A stretch of DNA of 32,780 bases from a virus: the UHGV virus genome UHGV-0305798; one strand, written 5' to 3'. The notes beneath the pieces were generated by a model. It was not told where the DNA came from and did not search any database. It saw only the letters and a list, made by a program, of their open reading frames with translations. Below, piece after piece: positions 26,318 through 32,780 of this stretch. A program made the translations under genes and the position numbers. How positions within the stretch are numbered: the stretch's first letter is position 1; each line of letters opens with the position of its first letter.

Positions 26318-26337
26318 AACTGTATATTTATACAGTA
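26318..26337. promoter_or_regulatory. LexA (SOS) box
   Basis: AACTGTATATTTATACAGTA matches the CTGT-N8-ACAG consensus (TACTGTATATATATACAGTA) at 18 of 20 positions; sits just upstream of the small antirepressor-like gene. Confidence 0.7.
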
Positions 26338-26374
26338 TCAAATAATTTGTTTGCTATCCAGCACGTTTTGAAAA

Positions 26375-26389
26375 TTACCTGAAAGGTAA
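26375..26389. promoter_or_regulatory. palindromic site TTACC-TGAAA-GGTAA (copy E)
   Basis: Read directly; about 105 bp upstream of the tailspike ATG and about 40 bp beyond the LexA box; 17-mer identical to copy B. Confidence 0.4.
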
Positions 26390-26493
26390 TATCTATTCAT
26401 ATTCACAGTCTTTCTATCCATATATGGTTTTTTGGGTAATAGAATAACCAGATATGCGGCGCAACGGGTGCTGCGACTATCTGGAGATTTAAC

Positions 26494-28956
26494 ATGACGG
26501 TCTCAACCGAAGTTGACCACAACGAATACACAGGTAACGGCGTTACGACATCATTTCCGTATACCTTCCGTATTTTCAAAAAATCCGACCTGGTTGTTCA
26601 GGTGTCTGACCTTAACGGTAACGTTACAAAACTAGTGCTGGATGCTGGTTATACGGTAACAGGGGCGGGAACTTATAGTGGCGGTGCAGTGGTTCTTCCG
26701 TCGCCGCTTGCTGCTGGCTGGCGAATCACGATAGAGCGTGTGCTTGATGTGGTGCAGGAGACTGATCTTCGCAATCAGGGAAAATTTTTCCCCGAAGTTC
26801 ATGAGGATGCATTTGACTACCTGACGATGCTGATCCAGCGATGTTTTGGGTGGTTCAGACGTGCATTGATGAAACCATCTTTGCTTGCAAAATATTACGA
26901 TGCAAAGCAAAACAGAATATCTAACCTTGCAGATCCATCATTTGAGCAGGACGCTGTAAATAATCGCTCAATGCGCAATTATGTCGATGCTGCAATCGCC
27001 GGGGTTGTTGGTGGTTTTGGTTGGTTTATTCAGTATGGTTCTGGAGCGGTATACAGAACACTCCAAGATAAGATGCGTGATGGTGTCAGCATTAAGGATT
27101 TTGGAGCTCAAAATGGAATCTTAAATGATAACAAGGAGTCTTTTACAAAATCATCACATTCGTTTAGCAGTGTTTTTGTTCCGGAAGGGGTATTCAATAC
27201 ATCTTTAGTTTCTCTTTCACGTTGTGGCTTGTACGGAACAGGTGGGGGAACGATAAAACAGTATGACAGAGATGGTAATCATCTGGTTTTTAACATGCCC
27301 GATGGTGGCATGCTTAGTACGCTAACAATTATGGGAAATAAATCAGATGATAGTGTGCAGGGACACCAGGTGTCATTTTCAGGTGGCCATGATGTATCGG
27401 TTAAAAATATCAGATTTACAAATACGCGAGGACCAGGATTTAGCTTGATCGCTTATCCGAATAATGGTATTCCGTCAGGTTACATTGTTAGAGATATAAG
27501 AGGAGAGTATTTAGGGTTCGCAAATAATAAAAAAGCAGGTTGTGTGCTTTTTGATTCATCGCAAAACACGCTAATTGATGGTGTGATAGCCAGAAATTAT
27601 CCTCAGTTTGGTGCAGTGGAACTTAAAACAGCAGCAAAATATAACATTGTCAGCAATGTTATTGGTGAAGAGTGTCAGCACGTTGTTTACAATGGAACTG
27701 AGACGGAAACTGCCCCAACGAATAATATCATTAGCAGTGTAATGGCTAACAACCCAAAATACGCCGCAGTAGTTGTTGGCAAGGGGACTGGTAACCTGAT
27801 TTCGGATGTGCTGGTTGATTACTCTGAATCGGACGCAACGCAGGCGCACGGCGTCACCGTTCAGGGAAATAATAATATTGCCAGTAATATTCTAATGACT
27901 GGGTGTGACGGGAAAAATGAATCAGGAGATCTGCAGAAATCTACAACCATTCGTTTCTTAAATGCTGCAGGCAGTAATTATGCGTCAATATTCCCCATGT
28001 ATAGTTCTTCTGGCGTGGTTACCTTCGAGGAAGGGTGTATCAGGAACTTTGTTGAAATTAAACATCCGGGTGATAGAAATAATATTCTGAGTTCTGCATC
28101 AGCGGTGACTGGTATTTCCAGTATAGACGGCACTACAAATAGCAATGTTGTTCACGTCCCTGCGCTTGGTCAGTACATTGGGACTATGTCAGGGCGTTTT
28201 GAATGGTGGGTTAAATATTTTAACCTTGCTAACCAGACGCTTGTTTCTGCAGATAAATTCAGAATGCTTGCTGAAGGAGATGTATCTCTGGCTGTGGGAG
28301 GCGGTATAAGGTCGCAATTGAAATTATTCAATAGTGATAATACTAAAGGCACTATGTCGCTAATAAATGGAAATATTCGAATATCTACTGGAAATTCAGA
28401 ATATATACAGTTTTCTGATTCAGCCATGACACCATCGACAACGAATACTTATTCTCTTGGGTTGGCTGGTCGTGCATGGTCGGGGGGATTTACCCAGTCA
28501 GCGTTTACGGTGCTGTCCGATGCGCGTTTCAAGACTGCTCCAGAGGTTATTGATGAGAAAATACTGGACGCATGGGAAAGAGTGGAATGGGTTTCATACC
28601 AGTACCTTGACAGGATCGAAGTGAAAGGTAAAGACGGAGCAAGATGGCACTTTGGTGCAGTTGCGCAGCATGTTATCAGTGTATTTCAGAATGAAGGCAT
28701 AGATGTGTCACGACTGGCATTTATCTGTTATGACAAGTGGAATGAGACCCCGGCAGAATACAGGGATGTGACGGAAGAAGAGCATTCTGCAGGAGTTTAC
28801 CCACTTATACAGACAAAGGTTCTGGTACGCGAAGCCGTCGAGGCTGGTGAATGTTACGGTATCCGTTATGAAGAGGCTCTGATTCTGGAATCTGCGATGA
28901 TGAGACGCAGGGTTAAAAAGCTGGAAGAGCAAGTTTTGCAATTAACAGGGAATTGA
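26494..28956 (+). CDS. tailspike/tail fiber with T7 gp17-like N-terminal domain and C-terminal intramolecular chaperone domain
   Basis: N-terminal 110 aa follow the T7 gp17 particle-binding pattern. Central region is Gly/Asn/Thr-rich with repetitive beta-strand-like segments, consistent with a beta-helix. C-terminal block (SDARFKTAPEVIDEKILDAWERVEWVSYQY...WHFGAVAQHV...EALILESAMMRR) matches the self-cleaving chaperone domain (peptidase S74-like) of endosialidase-type tailspikes. Confidence 0.85.
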   Translation: MTVSTEVDHNEYTGNGVTTSFPYTFRIFKKSDLVVQVSDLNGNVTKLVLDAGYTVTGAGTYSGGAVVLPSPLAAGWRITIERVLDVVQETDLRNQGKFFPEVHEDAFDYLTMLIQRCFGWFRRALMKPSLLAKYYDAKQNRISNLADPSFEQDAVNNRSMRNYVDAAIAGVVGGFGWFIQYGSGAVYRTLQDKMRDGVSIKDFGAQNGILNDNKESFTKSSHSFSSVFVPEGVFNTSLVSLSRCGLYGTGGGTIKQYDRDGNHLVFNMPDGGMLSTLTIMGNKSDDSVQGHQVSFSGGHDVSVKNIRFTNTRGPGFSLIAYPNNGIPSGYIVRDIRGEYLGFANNKKAGCVLFDSSQNTLIDGVIARNYPQFGAVELKTAAKYNIVSNVIGEECQHVVYNGTETETAPTNNIISSVMANNPKYAAVVVGKGTGNLISDVLVDYSESDATQAHGVTVQGNNNIASNILMTGCDGKNESGDLQKSTTIRFLNAAGSNYASIFPMYSSSGVVTFEEGCIRNFVEIKHPGDRNNILSSASAVTGISSIDGTTNSNVVHVPALGQYIGTMSGRFEWWVKYFNLANQTLVSADKFRMLAEGDVSLAVGGGIRSQLKLFNSDNTKGTMSLINGNIRISTGNSEYIQFSDSAMTPSTTNTYSLGLAGRAWSGGFTQSAFTVLSDARFKTAPEVIDEKILDAWERVEWVSYQYLDRIEVKGKDGARWHFGAVAQHVISVFQNEGIDVSRLAFICYDKWNETPAEYRDVTEEEHSAGVYPLIQTKVLVREAVEAGECYGIRYEEALILESAMMRRRVKKLEEQVLQLTGN

Positions 28957-29028
28957 ACCGTAAATGGTGTGTTGTTGCGCGGTATACTTTTCCTGAAGCA
29001 GGGTGTTTGCAAATAAACGGGTTTCGTT

Positions 29029-29433
29029 ATGTCATTCCAACTAACCAATGAAACTTCAAATCAGTGGCTTAGTGTTAGTTCTCTTGCTGCGGTTATTGCA
29101 GGTGTCCCTCCGGAGGTTGCTTTAGGGGCTTTGGCTGGGGCGGTAATTTTTGTTACCTCTGCAGTAGAGTACCCCATCCGTCGCCGGGTGCTCCTGTCGA
29201 TGCTCAGCTTTCTTTGCGGCCTTCTCTTTTACAAACCAGCAGCATCAATTCTTATCGGCATAGCCAGCCTGATCCCTACCATCACGCAGGACTCTTTTGA
29301 AAAAGGGATTGTTTTCTCTGCAGGCGCATTCGTGTCAGCAATTGTCGCTGTGCGTATTGGTATATGGCTCTATCACCGTTCCGATAATCCACGCGAGTTA
29401 ATTCCGGGGAGAAAAGACGATGGTAACGCATGA
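29029..29433 (+). CDS. membrane protein (134 aa), holin-like
   Basis: Several hydrophobic helices; first gene of the lysis cassette; stop overlaps the next gene. Confidence 0.5.
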   Translation: MSFQLTNETSNQWLSVSSLAAVIAGVPPEVALGALAGAVIFVTSAVEYPIRRRVLLSMLSFLCGLLFYKPAASILIGIASLIPTITQDSFEKGIVFSAGAFVSAIVAVRIGIWLYHRSDNPRELIPGRKDDGNA

Positions 29434-29728
29434 GTTTTTTTTGCTTATCACCAATGCAGTTATTTGCACTGGCATAGCAATTCGCGTTGTCACATTCCGG
29501 CGTAACGGCTCTCAACATCGAAGGTGGGGAGGATGGCTTGCTTATTTCCTGATTGTTGCTGCGGCCAGTATTCCTGTTCGAGTCGCCTATGCAATCTGGT
29601 TACGCACGCCAATGGCTGTGGATTTATCTGAGGTCATTATCAACGCTGTCATGCTTGCTGCGGTTCTTAAAACTCGCGGTAACGTCGTTCAGATTTTCAA
29701 GATAACGAGGTCTAAACATGGAGATTAA
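29420..29728 (+). CDS. membrane protein (102 aa), putative holin
   Basis: Three predicted transmembrane segments and a charged C-terminus; directly upstream of the endolysin. Confidence 0.5.
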   Translation: MVTHEFFLLITNAVICTGIAIRVVTFRRNGSQHRRWGGWLAYFLIVAAASIPVRVAYAIWLRTPMAVDLSEVIINAVMLAAVLKTRGNVVQIFKITRSKHGD

Positions 29729-30347
29729 ACAATTCCAGCGAGCTGCTGGTATTAGCGAGGCGCTGGCCGCACGCTGGTTCTCGCATATAACTTCTGCGAT
29801 GAAAGAGTTTGGTATCAGCAAAGCAGAAGATCAGGCAATGTTTATTGCTCAAGTCGGGCATGAGTCTGGGGGCTTCACCAGGTTGCAGGAGAATTTCAAC
29901 TACAGTGTCAGCGGACTGGCTAACTTCGTTCGGGCTGGGCGTCTCACTCAGGGGCAGGCTAATGCACTGGGGCGCCGTGCTGGTGAACCACCATTGCCAC
30001 TTGAGCGCCAGCGCGCGATCGCAAATCTGGTATACAGCAAACGCATGGGGAACAATGCCCCTGGTGATGGCTGGAATTACCGAGGGCGCGGACTTATCCA
30101 GATTACCGGTTTGAATAACTATCGTGATTGCGGAAACGGTCTGAAGGTTGACCTGCTGGAGAGCCCTGAACTGCTGGCGCAGGACGAATATGCGGCTCGT
30201 AGCGCGGCGTGGTTCTTCGCCAGCAAAGGATGCATGAAGTATACCGGCGATATTGCACGTGTAACTCTGATTATCAATGGTGGCCGGAACGGCATCGACG
30301 ACCGGCGCGCGCGGTACATCGCTGCCAGTAAGGTGCTGGCGGTATGA
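29718..30347 (+). CDS. endolysin, glycoside hydrolase family 19 (chitinase-like) type
   Basis: Motifs [12 protein letters not shown] and [16 protein letters not shown] are characteristic of GH19-type phage endolysins (recall-based); sits between holin-like genes and Rz. Confidence 0.8.
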   Translation: MEIKQFQRAAGISEALAARWFSHITSAMKEFGISKAEDQAMFIAQVGHESGGFTRLQENFNYSVSGLANFVRAGRLTQGQANALGRRAGEPPLPLERQRAIANLVYSKRMGNNAPGDGWNYRGRGLIQITGLNNYRDCGNGLKVDLLESPELLAQDEYAARSAAWFFASKGCMKYTGDIARVTLIINGGRNGIDDRRARYIAASKVLAV

Positions 30348-30826
30348 TCTGGGCATTCGTAAAAGCATACCGGAAACAGTTGATTATCATGGCGGTGCTT
30401 GCTGTTCTGGTCATATCAGGAGTTGCTGCCTGGAGTGTACACGGCAGTCGTCAGTACGACGCCGGGTATGCGCAGGCGAAAGAAGACCGCAAAACCGAAG
30501 ATGAGAGAATTCGTCAGCACTACGAACAGGAGAAAGCGATCAATGAACGTGAAGCGCAGCAGAGGATCGACCAGGCGCGCAATGATGCTCTTGATGCTGC
30601 CGCTCGCGCTGGCCGGTTGCAGCAACAGCTCGTTGCCATCCGTGAGCAGCTCAGGCAGTATAACGCCATTGTCGGCGCTGGGACGTCAGCCGCAGACACC
30701 GGAGTTTTGCTTGCCGACGTGCTCAGTAAATCTCTCGAGAGAAACAGACAACTGGCAGAGTATGCTGACCGGGCAGCCGAAGCCGGAAGAGTCTGTGAAA
30801 AACAGTACGACACCCTGACCAGATAG
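30344..30826 (+). CDS. Rz-like inner-membrane spanin (i-spanin)
   Basis: N-terminal transmembrane helix then a long charged coiled coil; overlaps the endolysin stop (ATGA); contains an embedded lipoprotein ORF in the +1 frame. Confidence 0.75.
   Translation: MIWAFVKAYRKQLIIMAVLAVLVISGVAAWSVHGSRQYDAGYAQAKEDRKTEDERIRQHYEQEKAINEREAQQRIDQARNDALDAAARAGRLQQQLVAIREQLRQYNAIVGAGTSAADTGVLLADVLSKSLERNRQLAEYADRAAEAGRVCEKQYDTLTR
30582..30818 (+). CDS. Rz1-like outer-membrane lipoprotein spanin (o-spanin), embedded in Rz
   Basis: The +1 frame inside Rz encodes [17 protein letters not shown]..., a lipoprotein signal with lipobox LAGC followed by a Pro/Ser-rich segment. Start placed at the first ATG before the signal peptide; the longer ORF 30399..30818 is probably not translated from its first codon. 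Confidence 0.6.
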   Translation: MMLLMLPLALAGCSNSSLPSVSSSGSITPLSALGRQPQTPEFCLPTCSVNLSRETDNWQSMLTGQPKPEESVKNSTTP

Positions 30827-30883
30827 CATGGCATTTTTCATGGTACTGATTTCCGGTGACGGTATATAAAACGGTACGAGGAA

Positions 30884-30944
30884 AATTGAGTTTTGGAAAA
30901 ATGTTATCACTCAATTGGTTATGGTATCCGTAAATAATTGAGTG
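30884..30944. repeat. short repeated 8-9 bp elements (AATTGAGT) in the prophage-host junction region; candidate att arm sites
   Basis: AATTGAGT at 30884-30891, its reverse complement CACTCAATT at 30908-30916 and AATTGAGTG at 30936-30944, between the last phage gene and the host terminator. Confidence 0.3.
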
Positions 30945-30975
30945 GGAATGATTTGACCCTGCACTATGAATGAAC

Positions 30976-31007
30976 AAAACCCTCTGTTACTACAGAGGGT
31001 TTTTTAT
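30976..31007. terminator. bidirectional rho-independent terminator
   Basis: AAAA-CCCTCTG-ttacta-CAGAGGG-TTTTTTAT; A-tract on one side and T-tract on the other; downstream of the reverse-strand yfgI-like gene. Confidence 0.65.
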
Positions 31008-31043
31008 CCTAAAGAATTATAGGTTTGAAGTTACTAACATCGT

Positions 31044-31583
31044 TTAGTTAAACCAGCTATCTGATTTATTCTCTTCTGCTTTACCCACGCTTTTCATCAG
31101 ATCGCGACCGCCTTCAGTCATATTTCTGTTTGCGTCAGCTTCAGATTGCACCACATCGGTTTGCGCAGCTTTGTGCTTCAGTTCCTGATCGATAAATTCG
31201 TTTTCGCGCTTAACGCGGGCTTCTTCTTTCGCCAGCGCCAGTTTTTGTTTCTGAATCTCTAAGCTACGTAGCTCATCTTCATAACTTTGATCGCGTTTTT
31301 TGTCCGCAGTGGCTTCGGCGTCCAGTTTATCCTGACGAGCTTTCTTATTCGCTGCTGCCGTTGCCGCTCTTTTATTAGCCGCGGCCTGGGCGTTTGCGCG
31401 ACGTTGCTTCTCTTGCTGGATTTCCCTGTTGCGCTCCGCGACCCATTCGTCATGCTGCCTTTGCTCTTCATTTTTACCTTGCTGTTCCGCTTCTGCGACA
31501 GCCGAGAGTTGATCCTGCAATGATGAGGCGATAGCCGGATAGCTTAAGGAGGCTAAGATGGCGCAAAGAAAAACTTTCTTCAT
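31044..31583 (-). CDS. yfgI: periplasmic charged coiled-coil protein, YfgI-like (179 aa)
   Basis: Signal peptide (MKKVFLCAILASLSYPAIA) then Lys/Glu/Ala/Gln-rich helical protein. Length and the neighbouring 172-aa lipoprotein and 63-aa genes match my recollection of the E. coli yfgG-yfgH-yfgI locus; symbol is recall-based. Confidence 0.55.
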   Translation of the reverse strand: MKKVFLCAILASLSYPAIASSLQDQLSAVAEAEQQGKNEEQRQHDEWVAERNREIQQEKQRRANAQAAANKRAATAAANKKARQDKLDAEATADKKRDQSYEDELRSLEIQKQKLALAKEEARVKRENEFIDQELKHKAAQTDVVQSEADANRNMTEGGRDLMKSVGKAEENKSDSWFN

Positions 31584-31598
31584 GACTCCTCCTGATTA

Positions 31599-32117
31599 TT
31601 AGCTCTTTTCAGGACATTTGGTATTTGGCTGAATACGCGTTTCGTTATACGTCGTGGTAATAACAACGGCTAAACCTGTCGTAAACTGGCACTCTTTACC
31701 CACTTGGGTGGAGGTATACACTTTGGTGCCTTCCTTATATGTTAAAGAAACACCTTCCACTAAGGTTTTATCATTCACCATAGAACCCGCTGCCGCGCCT
31801 ACAGCTCCGCCGCCAACTGCACCTGCCGTCGTTCCGGAATTGCTACCAGACCCGACGTTGTGGCCGATAACACCGCCAGCGACAGCGCCAATAAGCGCGC
31901 CGAAGGCTTGTGCGTTCCGTTTATTTTGGGCGTTGTCTACGGCAACTTTTGCGGGAAGAATGGAAATAATATTAACGGTTTTAGTTTCTTGTTTGGTATT
32001 CAGTTGATCGGTTTGATAAACATCGGCGGCATGATCATCAGCATTTGACTGGCATCCTGCCAGAGTGAATGACGCTAACATTGCCACAGGCAGAAGACAT
32101 TTTTTAAATTTCATCAC
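31599..32117 (-). CDS. yfgH: glycine-zipper outer-membrane lipoprotein, YfgH-like (SlyB/Pcp family; 172 aa)
   Basis: Lipoprotein signal with lipobox (FTLAGC), DVY motif, Gly-zipper (GALIGAVAGGVIGHNVGSG...GAVGGGAVGAAAGS) and C-terminal beta-rich region, as in SlyB-family lipoproteins; length matches recalled E. coli YfgH. Confidence 0.6.
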   Translation of the reverse strand: MMKFKKCLLPVAMLASFTLAGCQSNADDHAADVYQTDQLNTKQETKTVNIISILPAKVAVDNAQNKRNAQAFGALIGAVAGGVIGHNVGSGSNSGTTAGAVGGGAVGAAAGSMVNDKTLVEGVSLTYKEGTKVYTSTQVGKECQFTTGLAVVITTTYNETRIQPNTKCPEKS

Positions 32118-32418
32118 TATTCCTTGTTATACACATTACGAAAAATAAGACATTTAAGATCATCAAAAGAGGAAAGTAAATGTATTGCGTATAAAGGAAT
32201 AGATTAAATTTATTAAAATTCATGTGGGGAATAATTTATAAAAATACATCATCACAACATATGTATTAATGATGTATTTATTTCGCAGCCGAACTGCAGT
32301 CAGAACAAAGACGTAAAATTTAAGATGAAAGAATATCTGCCGCTTTGATAATCTCAAAGAGCAAAAGCATCCGACAGCGAGGTGCCGTTATGTTCTGTGA
32401 GAGTGGAGAAGGTAACCG

Positions 32419-32610
32419 CTAACGTTGTACCGGTGATTCGACGGAGAGTGTGGATTGCTGAGCTTCTTTTTTGCTCTGATGGTGCTGCCAGGCACCGACG
32501 GACGAGTAGATAAAACGGCCAAAGAAGAAGATAAAGCTGATGAGCAGTACGATACGGGTCATGCGACTGTTAAATCGGTGTCGTTTTCGCATACTGGTTG
32601 CCTGACTCAC
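32419..32610 (-). CDS. yfgG: small membrane protein, YfgG-like (63 aa)
   Basis: 63-aa ORF with basic N-terminus and one hydrophobic helix (IVLLISFIFFFGRFIY); position and size agree with recalled E. coli yfgG. Confidence 0.45.
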   Translation of the reverse strand: MSQATSMRKRHRFNSRMTRIVLLISFIFFFGRFIYSSVGAWQHHQSKKEAQQSTLSVESPVQR

Positions 32611-32780
32611 AAAAGGTTCCTTGAAGTATGTCCCACGCCGTGGACGGTACTTACATTAAGGCACAACAGGACAAAATGGTCAATTCTTCGTTATGTAAAG
32701 AAGCGTCAGTGAATACATATTTTAATGTTATGGAAGTTAATTTAATTATTTACAATGATGATGTAATAATGATGAGTTAA

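Noticed and set aside
30399-30581. Upstream part of the +1 frame ORF inside Rz (30399..30818 as a 139-aa protein)
   Set aside because: Only the distal part, starting at the ATG pair at 30582, has lipoprotein features; the upstream part is basic and low-complexity, so Rz1 is annotated from 30582.
31654-32007. Plus-strand ORF 31654..32007 (117 aa, Pro/Ala/Thr-rich)
   Set aside because: Antisense shadow of the Gly-rich yfgH-like lipoprotein gene.
1-32780. CRISPR array, rRNA genes, IS elements or transposases
   Set aside because: No regularly spaced direct repeats, no rRNA-like sequence and no transposase-like ORF or terminal inverted repeats were seen.

Overview
Read by eye, without database searches: the window is most of an integrated prophage (about 1-30,950) followed by host genes (about 31,040-32,610). 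Protein identities rest on recognised family motifs and gene order, so treat them as hypotheses. Layout on the + strand: small early/accessory genes (HNH endonuclease, Ea22-like, DUF551-like, zinc-ribbon proteins; 160-4707); terminase small and large subunits (4826-6894); a reverse-strand insert carrying a 140-aa orphan gene and a tRNA-Arg(UCU) (6985-7649); a T7-like virion module in T7 order (portal, scaffold, capsid, tail tubular A/B-like, internal core proteins gp14/15/16-like; 8298-23112); an accessory island of mostly reverse-strand genes (23114-26340) containing a Bro-N antirepressor and a small paralogous gene behind a near-consensus LexA box; a tailspike with T7 gp17-like N-terminus and C-terminal chaperone domain (26494-28956); and a lysis cassette (holin-like proteins, GH19-type endolysin, Rz with embedded Rz1; 29029-30826). 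After a bidirectional terminator come three reverse-strand genes that I recall as E. coli yfgI, yfgH and yfgG. The most interesting signals are two recurring palindromes: TTACC-N5-GGTAA at five intergenic junctions, and GTGACATGTCAC on both sides of the terminase cassette. No CRISPR array, rRNA or transposase was seen.
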